A stretch of 61,884 nucleotides of DNA, filler included, from Sphacelaria rigidula (GCA_964200075.2; 6 parts of 6 records of this genome joined end to end with filler, not necessarily neighbours in it), one strand, 5' to 3'. Positions 23,549 through 36,235 are shown, numbered from the whole stretch's first letter. Translations and numbers: made by a program. Notes: generated from the letters alone by a model not told the origin.

Positions 23549-24069
23549 GTAAAATGACAGGACCGGTCCTCTTATCGATCTTCAGGAGCCGCCGCTTGGT
23601 ACTCGGGTTTGAACGTTATTTTTTTTCTTCATTTTTTCATTTGTAGATTTTGTAGATTTTTAGGTTTAGTTACTCCCGTCAGAAATATTGTGGTATTGTA
23701 TATAAGTGTAGTAATGAGTGTAGGACCAATAGATGAACCCCATCTCCTTGTATGGAAGTAGTCCACCACGTTTCAAACGGATTGCTGTACTTCCGTGATT
23801 GTTGACCGGCGGACGGGTTCCGTGAGCGCCCCATACACGGTCAACCAGGACGTACGTCAATCGCGTCAAGAGGCCATATATTCTCGGACAGCTGAGCTAG
23901 AGTACCCCTCTGTGATTTATTTCACGATGTTGAGTGTTTCGTCAGGTGTTGCAGGAGTATGACACCCACGAAGAATACATGTTTTTCAATATTGGACGTT
24001 TCGGCGTTATGCACACGGCGTATAGAACATGTAGTCATTCTCCAATAATGGATGTGAAATTCAGTGGGG

Positions 24070-24410
24070 CTTCTGACGGTTGGGTCGTGGGTTCGAATCT
24101 CGGTGCAGTCACGCCACCTGGGATTTTTTCTCACACCATGCCCAACAGTGGAGAGCGACCACGTCGTGGGTACACAAAACTCGACTTGACGGTCGACGAG
24201 GGAAACGGACCGCTGAACCCCTCTCGCGATAAAAAAAGAAGACAAGCACCGCAGAAGGAAGGTGGAGTGCTAGAAGAAAATGAAAACGAAAAAGCTCCCG
24301 TGTTGGCCTTCCTTCCGTGTGAGCCCCGCTGATGCACTCACATACACCGAAAGGTGTAGACTGGCGTTCAGAATAGATGGATGACAACACCCAACACACA
24401 CTCGCGCACG
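24070..24410 (+). mobile_element. tRNA-derived SINE (family B), head partly truncated
   Basis: B-box GGTTCGAATC. Body matches the minus-strand copies at 37060-37431, 41400-41642 and 42307-42624. Confidence 0.85.
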
Positions 24411-24766
24411 CGCAGCGTAGTGATGATAATTATGGGGACGATAATGATGAGGTGGGGAGGTTGGTAGTGCTGACCAAGCCGAAACAATGAATAGCGCCAA
24501 CTTTTGTTCTAAAACATGTTCCGGGGCCGAGTCGGGCTCTAATGCGCGTCTGTTGCGTGCCCTGTCTGACGGTTATTATTTTTGTTTTTGCTCGTCTTTT
24601 GTTCTGAAAATAGAAGAAAAAAAAAAAAGAGGAAGCGAGAAATGGAGAGAGAGAAAACAACGAGAAGAGACGGATGAAATGCTCCCCAACGATAGCCCGT
24701 GTTGTTTCTTGTCATTTGTTGTATTTTGCGTTCTGGCTTTGAAAATTATGATGATGCGCACAACAG

Positions 24767-24849
24767 AAAGAGGAAGGGGAGCGAGATGCGTGGCTGGCGG
24801 AGATGGACGAGGGAGCTATGGAGGAAGCCATCGGGGCTGCAGCCACCAG
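24767..24849 (+). CDS. CD2BP2: CD2BP2 exon
   Basis: CAG|AAA..CAG|GTGCGG, 83 nt, phase 0 to 2. KEEGERDAWLAEMDEGAMEEAIGAAAT contains the RD.WL motif. Confidence 0.9.
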
Positions 24850-24876
24850 GTGCGGCGAGACAAAAAAAATTGTGTA

Positions 24877-25888
24877 CAGGCTGGTTCAGGGTGAACGCCC
24901 AAAATTTTCTTCCCACTGGATACAAAACGCAAAAGTGACGCGATATAGGCATATTTGGTGTCATATTGACCCCGACGAGCGAGCGAACAGTGTGACATGG
25001 CCAGATTATTCTTGTGTCCTTTGCCACCGCGCTATCAGCAATAGTGTTTCTAGGCGAATCAGCGGCCTCGAAATTGCTCTGAAATTAAGAATGCGAATTT
25101 CTGATTCAATTTGTGCCCAATCTCATCACGCATTGAACTGTAGTAATAGCCATCAGCTGGGGAATCTAACGCAAGAAACAGATTTGAAAACGGTTTGTAT
25201 GATATCGAGTTATACCCCGAAACATGGTATTTTCTATTTTCTGTGATTGTGGGGTTTGGGCGTCGTGTGATTTCCCCTGATACTATGCATCCAAGATCCA
25301 GCAGGCCCCTTGACGTTTCCCTTGTAACGTTCGTAAAAAAACTCCGATCATCCTCAAACTTGACAGTTTGGTAGATATGGGTGCTATGAGTAGAAGGGAA
25401 AAACGTTGCACAATATTCCGAAGTGTATCTGCCCTTTACCAGCTTCCGGGGGTCCCCAGCGTGAAGACTCCCAGAAGTCGGTACAGATTGCTAGAAAAAA
25501 AATGATTAGTCTGGAGGTAGCCCTAGGAACGTTTGTACAAAGTTTCGTTGCGTAACTCGAAAAGGTGATCCCAAAGTGTCGATTTAAGCTCAAGCATACA
25601 AGGTAAGCGTCGGTAGCATACCAAATCAAGTATTTAGGGAGTTCAGCGTACGTGTGTGTACTTCAACGCACAAACGGCCAATTGCCCACGCCGTTTTTTC
25701 CGACTCCCTTCCTGGGACCCCGGATATCTGGCGAAAAAAGAAACAAAAATCAAAGAACCCCGTTGATTCATACAGCCCACTAAAATATCTCAGAGCACCC
25801 GTGTGCAAAATTTCAGGATTTAATTCCAAATTACGGCGTGAACAATCGCTGGGGAGTAAATCCCGGTCATTCACCCTGAACCAGCCCG
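24877..25888. mobile_element. 1012-bp non-autonomous Tc1/mariner-type element
   Basis: TA-CAGGCTGGTTCAGGGTGAA ... TTCACCCTGAACCAGCCCG-TA; no transposase ORF inside. Confidence 0.85.
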
Positions 25889-25901
25889 TAATGAGCCATC
25901 C

Positions 25902-26150
25902 TACGGTAGGGGTTGGAGACGTTGGGCCCGGATTTTTCTCAATCAGGGGCTCCTAAAGTTATGAGATACACTAGAATATGGGTCAGCACATTCCCTTTTT
26001 TCAAACACATTCGGGATATCCCTACTATCATAGCCCGTTGGAACGCTAGTCATGGTGTGTTCTCACATATTCCATGTGCTGTTTCCTTGGACGAGATAGA
26101 TGGCTCCTAACAACTCAAAATCTCGAAAAATATTTTTTTGCACCACTCTT
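25902..26150 (+). mobile_element. Copy of the TACGGTAGGGG MITE family
   Basis: Same terminus and internal CATTCGGGATAT and GGCTCC.AAC motifs as 6506-6710. Confidence 0.6.
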
Positions 26151-26179
26151 GTAGTATATATATATGTATCGTCATACTT

Positions 26180-26275
26180 GAATCTCTCCCCCTCCTTGGG
26201 ACGAGTCCGTGGTCTCAAGGTATCAACCTATTTCTCCCCCGTTATACTCCTCGCATTTGCATTTTGGTATTCATA
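26180..26275 (+). repeat. Dispersed repeat family C fragment
   Basis: CCTCCTTGGGACGAGTCCGTGGTCTCAAGG.ATCAACC, also at 57170-57300 (+) and 36880-37010 (-). Confidence 0.7.
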
Positions 26276-26301
26276 CGAGCTGGACCGCCCAAGATGCGAA
26301 C

Positions 26302-26970
26302 AGGAATGTTGACACGCGATTTCTGAGCTTAATTTTGAGTCGTTTTCGATGAAATTTTGAAGTGATGTACGGGACGTATATTCGAAGACCCCGCCTTACC
26401 CCCCAGTGTCTTTTTTGTCCTTTCCTCGTGAGTTATCGGCAATTTTGTTCCGAAATACGATTCTGAAATATCTCGTCGCCAACAAGTCACGAAGGGAAAG
26501 AAAATGACACGGGGGGTAAGGATAAGTCTTTGCACATACTGTACGTCCTGTACATCATGTAAAAATTTAATCGAAAACGTCTCAGAATTAAGCTCAGAAA
26601 TCGCGTCATTCTGTCGAAAACCGCTTCCTATAATATGTGGTGATCAGCGTGCCACGAATAATTCAAGCGCAATTATGCTGGTCAACTTCAAGTTGTTTTC
26701 GACGAAATTTTGACACGATGTACAAGACGTATGTGCGAAAACCCCGTCTTACCCTCCCTGTTTTTTTTCTTCTGTTTTTCTTCGTGAGTCATCGGCAACT
26801 GTAGTCCGAAAAAAATGTTCTGAAATGTTACGTCGCCAATATCTCTCGAAGAAGAAACACACACACACGAGAGGAACGAATGGGTCTCCGCACATACGTC
26901 CTGTACATGGTATCAAAAGTTGATCGAAAACGACTAAAAATTGAGCTTGGGAGCCGCATCATTCTCTCGG
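26302..26970. mobile_element. Two tandem copies of a ~300-bp palindromic (foldback) unit
   Basis: Unit 1: ACGCGATTTCTGAGCTTAATT.TGAG.CGTTTTCGAT ... ATCGAAAACGTCTCAGAATTAAGCTCAGAAATCGCGT. A second diverged unit spans ~26680-26970. Confidence 0.8.
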
Positions 26971-27106
26971 AATCGACTTGTCTTCTCCTACTTTCGGCTC
27001 AGAGGTCTTCACAAACTGCTCGTTAGTTCGCACACTACTACCAGACGCCTTGGCGCGCTGGGGACCTCGTCTGCGTGCCATCTCAGAGACTGCGCGCCTA
27101 GTGCGA

Positions 27107-27717
27107 CATACTTCCTCTGCCCCATAAGTAAAGTCCGTTATGGAGGATAGGCCGTACCTCGCCAACGGAGGTGCTCACGATGTTATAGTTAGGTTCGTTG
27201 AAAATATATAGTAATGGATATGGCCACTGAAAAAAACAAAAACAAAATAATCAACCTACAACCTTGTAATCGTTGGGTCAAACATGACCAAATTTCGACC
27301 AAATTTCGCCAATCTGTACATTGTCGGTCGAATTTCGACGAATTTGGCTCATTTTGAAGTAATTGAAGGCTACAATGTAAACGAGTGGTTTCGGACTAGG
27401 CGTAGTTACCGTATGCCAGCGACGTAGCGGAGAAAAAAAGCCAGCTGTGCCTTTTTTCTCGATTTTTGCCGCTTTTCGGGTTTCCAGGGTTTTTCTCTGT
27501 GTTATGGAAAAGGGGCGAAATATGGTCATTTTTGGGCCGACTGATCGTTTATCGGCCGTTCGCGCCCGCTGGCTGCTGGGCAAACGGGAGAAAAAAAGAC
27601 GTGATTCAACTAAAATACCCCTGAAGATTTCGAAAAAAATATCGCCTACGGCATTGGGCACGGTCAAGGGTCCGTGTGATTATAACGGACTTTACTCATG
27701 GGACAGAGGAAGTATGC
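27107..27717. mobile_element. Element bounded by ~34-bp inverted repeats
   Basis: ATACTTCCTCTGCCCCATAAGTAAAGTCCGTTAT vs ATAACGGACTTTACTCATGGGACAGAGGAAGTAT. The same motif occurs at ~3278. Confidence 0.6.
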
Positions 27718-29925
27718 CGTTGTACAATCGCAGCTTGTGCGGCACCACGCGGCGCAACCGACTGTATCCGAGAATCCAATCTCAGCAGTTTTATTTTTGG
27801 CTGATTCCGCCGCACATGGGACCCTCAAGTCTCTACACTTCGGCACTTGACTACAGTTCGGTATTTCGTTTGGCACCGAGTGCATAGGTACGGGTCGTTA
27901 TGAAATCATCAAACTGAAATCATCGATTTTTTCGTTGTTTTTCATTACTCTTGTCGGGATTTTCGCTGGATGCGTGCGTTACTCGAATGCTATCTGCCAC
28001 AGAGAGGTCAACAAAATTGCACTGTTCGGTGATTTGTTGTCCGGGCCTGTTCTGGACTTGAATTCCCTCCGTTGACTGGCTACAGCCCCCCAGGACAGCA
28101 GAAGGAGGAGAGCTGAAAAAAAAAGTGCAGTCAGCATCGATAATATTTTGATACACACCAAGATGGCACCAAGTCAAAGCAAGCGAAGCGTACACCTTCA
28201 AAAGGAAGCGGCGTTCTAGCACACGAGATCGAATACACAAGAGAGATACATTATTGCGTTGGCTGCATGATGTTCTATGTGTAGAGTGCTTGGTTGTCTG
28301 ACGCGTTGTGTCGCAACAACTTTCTGTCGCGATACCGACTGGATCTGTATCGCAAAATGATCCGCCAGCGCTGGTGAGCCAGTTGGCACCGTGCTCAATT
28401 GTCACACATGTCTGTACGGCATCGACCAACGCGACTCATACGGAACAACAGCACGACAGCCTACAAAAGGGGGCCAGCAGCATTGATGCGTGTGGAGCCT
28501 TTTTCTCCGTTTATGTTCCGTCCGAGCAACATGAAACACCACACAACGATGACGATGGAGCCGTCTTGAATAGTGCCCCGTATCCAAGGTCGTGCAGATG
28601 CAGCAGCAACCCAAGCACAAATGGAGACTGCAACACCAAACCAGGCCACCGCAACCATACCGCGGGCATGGCGACACTCATAGCAAACGTTGGGTACACT
28701 ACCCAGTAAACCAATAGACAGAGCACCGGTTGTGAGACTGCCGTCGTCTTGGATATCATTCTGCCTCCGCACGGTGCTGCACTGCGGCTGCGGGCACCAG
28801 AAGACCGGCAAAACCATGTGTGACGGAACCTGTACTAAAATCAAGTTTGTACTATGAAATATACTATGAAACGTGAAGGGACTGGTCAAAAATTCAAATT
28901 AAATTACTTGAAATTGGTGTGTGTACTAAAAAAATACACCCGTACCCATGGACCCACCGCCTTTCGTTTGATGAGACCTTGTCGGTAGGGCTACATGGAT
29001 TTGAAGACGCGCGCTGATGTGCCGATCACCACTATGTGTCATAGTAGGCACAACTCGCGATACATCATCAGTTGGAACGGGCTGAAGGAAACCGATCTTC
29101 TTAGGCGGCCCAGCTCGTACCGGGGATTGGATCATGACCATCAGTACTCCCACTTCGAATCGACTCTCGTCTGACAAAACTCAGCCAAACGGACTCTGTT
29201 GTGCCACTATATAATGATACTCACCTACGTCTTGCCGACTTGTTCAACGACGGAAATCAGATTATTTTTTCAGAAATTGTAGGGGGAAAAAAAAAAAAAG
29301 AGGAAAATGCCAAACAATTTCAGAGGCATCTGGTGGGAACCGAACCCCATTTTTTCTTTCGACCTATTGGTGTCAGATATACAACACCATTAGATCACCA
29401 GGCCACGGCGGCATGAATCTCGTCATGTATTCGTTGTATTTGGCTTAACTTCTGCGTTTCATTGAGCTGAAAAGCAACCTGGACTGCTCTGTGGCACTGA
29501 ATAAAGTCGGATTTGGATTGGAGCTCTCCGTGTGCGTCCGACGGGATGGATATCTTTTGCGGGCGGGGAAAGTGCGGCGTACACGGGGCGTTTCCTCCAA
29601 ATTTTGCATCGTGATTGTGTACGGTGGAAACACGTCATGGGTCTAAAAACATAGTGCCGGCGGTCGCCGACGTGCTTTGTATCTAGTACACCATGTACAT
29701 GAACTTGGAAGTAAGCCACGCCGGACGAAAGCCGAAGAGCGGATTTGCAAAACGGAACACAGTTACGGTATAACGAAACGTAAGAATGATGACAACGTGA
29801 TGGGACGGGAGAGGACAATAAAAATAAAGCCGACCGAGTCCTCGGGGCCTTGGGGGGGGTGCATTATCGCAGAAGCGAACCTTACGATTGATTGGTTGAT
29901 TGATTGATTTTGATTGGAAGCCCAG

Positions 29926-30117
29926 GTCGGCGGGAAGGAGCCAAGCGGAAGATTCGGCGGCGGCCACGGTAGGGGGGGGAGGGGCGGGTGGTGGCCTGTC
30001 GGGGATGGGGACAGCGGAGATGAGGGATGCACTGATTCCCCTGCTTTTGCCTGAGGAGACCGTGGTGCAGGCGTTGAGGCGGCTTGGGAAGCGATCGAAA
30101 GACGCACGGCCAGGAGG
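29926..30117 (+). CDS. CD2BP2: CD2BP2 exon
   Basis: CAG|G..GG|GTGAGA, 192 nt, phase 2/2, matching the upstream exon. LIPLLLPEETVVQALRRLG matches the conserved L.P.ETV..ALRRLG motif. Confidence 0.9.
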
Positions 30118-30169
30118 GTGAGAGAAGTCGGTTACGCAGACAGGGGGCAGGGGCAGGGGGGAGGGGGGT

Positions 30170-30432
30170 GAGGGGGGGTGTACTCATGATCATGCATACC
30201 ATAATCAGACCATTGACCTCGCATCCCTACAAAGCCGGGACGGAGCACACCGGGTTTTCGGTGAGTCGCACGACGGGTGAGCTGCATCCTGCTAAGATTG
30301 TTCAGCCCGAAGCCTATTGGTTATCTTGCATTTGTTTGACAGCCTACAATGAGTGGCTTTATTTTCTGGTATCGCCACTTCCAGAGACAGCAACGGCTTA
30401 TACACTGCCTCACGGATGCCTCACCATGGGGG
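30170..30432 (+). repeat. Dispersed repeat family A
   Basis: Aligns with 20790-21060. Confidence 0.85.
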
Positions 30433-31099
30433 TTGTAGACAGTTTAACGGTTCAGTACACAACGCAATGACGTTTCACCACACACGTGTCACGCTTTATT
30501 TTTTAAACACGAATACTGCAGTATTGCTGTGACTCTACCAACCCCTCTCTCATGAGACAGTGATTGGATCATGACCCTGGTTCGTTACTCTCGTACTTGA
30601 TCCTTATCCTGTGCTCTGGGGGGGGGGGGTAGGTAGGAATCCCTCGCAGAAATTCTACCGTGACCTCACCAACACCCTTCCCCCACGAGATTGTGATACG
30701 CCGCGGTAACCCTGCTTCGCTCCACCTATTTTGTGTAGCATCCATCTCTCGCTTATCCCGTAGGAGGGTGGTGTATGTGGGAGGGAAGGGGGGGGGGGGG
30801 GGGGGGGGGGGGGGGAAAAACAGCGGCTTTGGGTTGAATGGTGGCTACTATCATCACCAAGATGTTTGAGGGTTGGAAAAGGAGTCATGGTGTTTGGNNN
30901 NNNNNNNNNNNNNNNNNNNNNNNNNNNNNNNNNNNNNNNNNTTAATTAATTAANNNNNNNNNNNNNNNNNNNNNNNNNNNNNNNNNNNNNNNNNNNNTAG
31001 TATACAATGCCTGTCGGGAGACATGCTCTGTCATCTGTTGCCACAAATTCAATACGAGATACTGTATATATGTACAGAGTATGCTACACTCTATTGCAG

Positions 31100-31247
31100 T
31101 ACGGTAGAGAGGCCGCAGTTGAACGTGTAGTGGGTGCAGGATGATACTTGATGATTCTGCAAATTCGGAACGGTTGGTAGGGATCCGCAACATGTACGGA
31201 CGGAAGTTTACGAGTTTGATGGTGTGGTGTTGGTACTCAGGGAGAAC
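31100..31247 (-). CDS. Possible next pseudokinase exon (activation-segment region); 3' end uncertain
   Basis: CAG|GTT gives VLPEYQHHTIKLVNFRPYML..., in frame only if the upstream exon uses the GCT|GTAGGC donor (ending 32874). Confidence 0.3.
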
Positions 31248-31379
31248 CTGATGGACAAGAGCGCTCAGACTACTTTTGTGTGCGGGTGAGATGCGCTTAC
31301 ACGTTGGACAACAGACCGTGTGATAGAACACTGTCGCCACATCAGCCCCGAAGATGTGACTGCCAGTGCCTACTGTCAG

Positions 31380-32650
31380 CCACGATCTACTGGTATCGCT
31401 GCCTATCGATAGCTATTGTAAGCAAAAAGGGACAGAAGGTTATCACTGCTGTGACAACTGAGCAGCCAAGTCGCCTATCGCTGTATACATAATTTGTTGC
31501 AATAGGCTCTGAATCGCGACCAATGTCTATCGCAAATTGCACTAGAAGCTGCATTAATGGCGACCGCCACACGTGGCTGATCGGCTCCCCCTCAACAATA
31601 TTACACCCTGAAGGAGATGTATATATATATATGCTATTATAGAGTGTCCTGATTCTTACAGAGCATACAGAATGTGGAAGCTCTAGAATGCTAATATTTC
31701 CTCTGGAATTGCTTGTCACAGGGCTTGTTATACCTCGAGCGTCAAGACTGCTCGAGAGTATGCAGTATGTGAAGTATGTAGAGGGTAGATATTCCCGTGA
31801 AGGAAAACCAAGCCCGCCAGAGGACTGCAAATGCTTTCAAATAAGCAACAGCGGCAGATGTAGAGCATTGCACAATATTCTGAGGGTTGAAAAACTATTG
31901 CGCCGGATGGGAGCCGATTGGCTACGTGTGCACCAACACATACTGGCGATCACAATAGAATCTAAATTGCGCCCACCAATATCTATTGCTGGTAGCAATA
32001 TAACATGAACCGCGGCCACCAATGTCTATCGCTGGTCACAAATACGATCTGGGTCCCCGCCAGCAATATATATTAATATATATTGCGGTGGCCACACTAG
32101 TAGTAGCTGAATGGCGTCGATCAAAAGCTATCTATCGATACACATATCTTGGTGGATGTTGCCATCTTATTCCACACGAACTATCGCCAGCTATCGCCTC
32201 AGGTAGTTGCGTGTTCGTGTGTAAGGATTATTGCCGTTGATGCCGTAAGGCCACTCCAGTGAGTAATATATGCATTGACGTCATGGGCTATCGATAGATG
32301 CCCTCTACAGCTACCCATTGTTGACGGCAACGACTATTGATAGATGCCCGTAAATACGTTGTTGTTGGGGACAAAGGCTATCGATACGTTGTTCACCGAA
32401 AACTGTATTGATGAAGGCAATGGCTATCGATTGATGCATACCAGAATCTATTGCGGTATACGATGTCCATCGATGACCAGCGATGTAAATGTACTGTAAT
32501 CGCTATACACTGCTGATCGACGCTTGGAACATCGATTGTCGCGTGCAATACATATCAACAGATGTGTTTCACGATCTATCGTGCTCTTCGATAAATATCG
32601 ATAGCTGTACCCCCGCATCTATTATTGAAGCAATAGACTATTGTTGTGTT
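31380..32650. repeat. Intronic region dense in CTATCG(ATAG) palindromic motifs, with a ~45-bp periodic array at 32286-32480
   Basis: GGCTATCGAT-like cores at 32286, 32332, 32376, 32422 and 32465, plus many scattered copies. Confidence 0.65.
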
Positions 32651-32786
32651 CATTGTCCAAAGTGCCAATACAAGTTTGTCTCTATGGTCTCTGACGGTAA
32701 CCGAATGCATGCTATGACTCTATTTCCGAAGAGTGTTGGCTATTTCACAAGGACAAGAGTCAGCAGTGTTCCGTGGCAGTACCTAA

Positions 32787-32828
32787 ACATACATACATAC
32801 ATACATACATACATACATACATACATAC
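32787..32828 (+). repeat. (ACAT)n microsatellite
   Basis: About 10 tandem units. Confidence 0.98.
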
Positions 32829-32866
32829 GGCTTACTCTACTCGAGGAACTCCAAGTAGGAGCTCAC

Positions 32867-33006
32867 CGCCTACAGCACGGAAACCCTGGAGCCAGATGCG
32901 CGACATGGCTTCGTTGATGAGGATGTTCTGAGGCTTCACGCCCCCATGAACCAACCGCATTTGTTCGTGCAGAAACGTTAGGGCAGATAGTGCCTGCCCC
33001 ATCAGC
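32867..33006 (-). CDS. Pseudokinase exon: alphaE, catalytic loop and DFG-equivalent
   Basis: CCAG|G acceptor, phase 2. Encodes LMGQALSALTFLHEQMRLVHGGVKPQNILINEAMSRIWLQGFRA(VG). Donor G|GTGAGC (ends 32867) or GCT|GTAGGC (ends 32874). Confidence 0.9.
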
Positions 33007-33684
33007 CTGGTAGCAAACGCACATCGATCGAAATGCTATCCCGTCAGGAACAAATCACTGCTGGCGCCGTCATGTACTAGAGCAGGCGCATTCACACAAT
33101 ACTATACTTTTGATGTTTTGGTTCGACCCTTGTTTCGATTAGCTGCTCCAGGGAGAACGGGCAGCCCGACCCTACAGAGCCTCTCTGTTTTCGTTTCCAA
33201 CGTATCGACGACAATGTAAAGTCGTACATATCAACGACTACGCAGACAAACAACGTTCCACCCGTCGTGCGTATTATTTTACTTCGGTGGTCCGTGTTGT
33301 CGGAAAGAAGGGCAAATGACTACAGTACCAGGGGTGGTTTGGAGAGACAGGCTGCTGCCAACGACGGCATGCACATGCAGCATTGATCGACTCTTCATTT
33401 TCGCGGAAACACCAAACGTCCAGCTCCCCCTTTCAACCATTCGAAGTCTGACGACAACTTACTCGCTAGCAGAATGACTGGCTCACGCACAAATATTGGC
33501 ACTGTCCCGCAGACCTTGAGAGGCCGAAGTGTAACACTTCAACAGCGACATGGAAACAGAGACAGCGACGATATTATAGTTACACTCCGATGTGCTGTAA
33601 CAGGACGAACTACGAAGAACGCCCTGCCGCTATGCTATGAAACCGAGCTATAATACGAATGCGAAGAATACACCACTAACACAC

Positions 33685-33816
33685 CTCATCCGGCGCGGCA
33701 TCGTGACATCCCAGATGCCATTCCTCAACTTGAAGTAAAGAGTACTGTGGGTCCGACGCGTGACGATGGTGTGGCTCAAGTGATCCATGAAGTACACGGG
33801 GATGATGTTCGAGTGC
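33685..33816 (-). CDS. Pseudokinase exon: subdomains IV-V
   Basis: CAG|G..AG|GTGTGT, 132 nt, phase 2/2. Encodes HSNIIPVYFMDHLSHTIVTRRTHSTLYFKLRNGIWDVTMPRRM (HxNI motif). Confidence 0.9.
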
Positions 33817-34474
33817 CTGTTGTCAATTCTGCGGCATCACGCAAAAATAAAATAAAAGATAAACGTGAAAGAAATCAATTGGGGCTAAGAGGACGGGAGG
33901 AACGGAACGCCATGTACTGATAGCTGTCTGTGAAATAGCAGTCAGCGATCTTGTGGAAACGCACACGTAGGTGGTATACATGCAATAAATGTTTGGTCCA
34001 AGTAGCGAACGTCTGACGCGACCAGCATCACGCGCAACAAGCTACCGACATTTTACACGAGGGATCCATACCGTACAGCAATATGTGTGCAGCTGTTTAG
34101 CACTACAGTAGTACCGTACCGCACCTAAGCACTAGCAAATACCCAAGCTGGGGGGAAGGCCGTCACGATTCAATTGTTCGAGAGCCGAAGTAACCGTTTA
34201 AGGATATGGCTAGCTGTGTTGCGGTTTGGGAAAAGAGTTTCCACGTCGCCTCTCTCTCGAAATTACGGTGGCCACTTCGCTGCTTCAAGTGAAGTGCTTG
34301 TAGCGATCAAGTCCACACCTTTTGCCTGTTTCGGGGGTGTGAGATGTGGTGGGGAAAAATCGGTGTTCTCTCGAGAAATATACATCGCTGTTGAAATACG
34401 GACCACCGCGGCTGTGGGATACAGCGAGAACCTGACTGTGCATGTTGCAGAAGGGTAAAGGGTACACGACTCAC

Positions 34475-34530
34475 TTGATGAAAGCCTTCATTTCGATGAC
34501 AAAGCGCTGGTTCGCCAACTCATCGGTCCG
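34475..34530 (-). CDS. Pseudokinase exon: alphaC helix
   Basis: CAG|CGG..AA|GTGAGT, 56 nt, phase 0 to 2. Encodes RTDELANQRFVIEMKAFI (F..E motif). Confidence 0.85.
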
Positions 34531-35242
34531 CTGGTAAGGTTTTCAACGGCAGTGCAACACGGCGAGGGCGACGTGGCATCGGGCACGAATGTCAGACACA
34601 GGCAGGCGATGACATAGCCAACTGGTGACTGTGCACGTTTGGACTAGTTATCGAACGTCCGGCAACTACCGTATGTATGTGACCATCCAGATTCCCTCGT
34701 CACTCGTGTAACCCACTCTCCTATACCATGTACAAGTTGAGGTTCATATCCGAAGCTGACAATAAAAGCTTCATGCCCACCGGGTCTAAAGTGTACGGGC
34801 CGGAGGGACAGAATATGGGGAAGATTGAGCCGGGGAGGTCTGGATGGGGGTCCGACAGCGCAAGACGTAAAAGCAAAGACCAGCATAATCAAACACATGC
34901 GCATGAATATTGAACATTCCCCAGCCCCAATCCTCTTGTCCTCTAGCTCTATTGTGATATAAAAGTGATCTCGAAGGATACCGGTGGAACCGTTTGTCGG
35001 TCTGTCCTCATTGGCAAGCGCCTTCTGACGACACGAGGGTGTAGTATCCAGAAGAAACAAAAAGGTTGGACGAAGCGGCGGAAGACGAAAGGGAAACTAA
35101 ACCCCACGCCGAGCTCTGGAACGCCCATGAACCGGTCAGACTTATCGCATCGCAGGAGAAGAGATGAAAACTGCGGCCATGTACAAAGAGCTTGACCGGG
35201 AACCCTTACCCTTCAGCTAAAACGTACACATATTCTGCCTAC

Positions 35243-35335
35243 ATCTCTAAGTTGCTTGACGAGCAACCCCTTGTTCTCCGTCAGCCGAAGAACCTTCCCG
35301 TCCTTTGTGGCATCGACGTACATCATCGGGGTGAA
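35243..35335 (-). CDS. Pseudokinase exon: degenerate Gly loop and beta-3 Lys
   Basis: CAG|TTC..GAT|GTAGGC, 93 nt, phase 0/0. Encodes FTPMMYVDATKDGKVLRLTENKGLLVKQLRD (LLVKQL equivalent to VAVKxL). Confidence 0.85.
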
Positions 35336-36235
35336 CTGTGCGCACGTCATCATTCAGCGAATGTCGGGCGAAGGCGAAAAGATGGACGGTGGACGAAGTA
35401 TGTTTCGGTGCTGTACTTTTGAGATCGACTCTGATCACAGAGGGCATGAGTCATTCTCCAGTTAAACAATATCTTGAAAGCAAACGAGCACAAAACACGA
35501 AGCGAGCAAAAACGAGTACGCAAAAAGTGAATACGCTCAACATGAATTTCAGTACATGGCATGTAAACAACACATACGGAAGGAAATAGCTGCGCCGAGG
35601 ATACATCTAGTGCTGGATATATACGTACAGCACATGAAACCAAGCGTCCGAATTACATACGATTCTCTCGCCAAGGTGGAATGGAAAGCCCCCAAAGCTC
35701 GCGAAGCTTGTGCTTCGTTCTTCTCGTATTCACAAGTCATGAATAAAAACGATCACAAGCAAAATGGCTACGTGCTCTTCATTTGGTTGCTTGATGCCTA
35801 CCCAAATAAATGCACGAAGCCACTTAATGCTGCCGGGAAGGTTTGGACCGATTGTCTCCGATGATTCAAAGACTGCGCTTGTCGCGTGCATAGCTCCATC
35901 AAGAGTTGGGGGCACTTGACTGTGACAGCTGCATGCTGAAGCAGGAGACAGTCGGGAATAACTCGAGCCCAACTGCGCATTATTCGGTGCTAGTTGTTGT
36001 GTTATCCTCATCCTGGCCATGCGGTGTATATACATCCTCATTCGCTGACAGACGAAGTAAGCTCACACAGTTAAAGCGACAGTTTTCCGTGATAGGCACG
36101 AACTATGGCGAACGTACTCCTAAACATGCAAAAGTCTGCTACAGAAAATATACTGGTGAAAAAGATATGCGATTTTTGCTCCGCTCAGTGTGTCATGGAA
36201 CGATACTGTATGGCCTTGACCTCTGCTGTGCATAC

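Noticed and set aside
28460-28830. Cys-rich minus-strand segment (CPQPQC...CYECRH) as a zinc-finger exon
   Set aside because: Antisense within the CD2BP2 intron, with no clear donor and atypical spacing; insufficient support.
32286-32480. CRISPR-like repeat/spacer array
   Set aside because: The conserved core is only ~10 bp and degenerate, the spacers are mutually similar, there are no cas genes, and the context is a eukaryotic intron.
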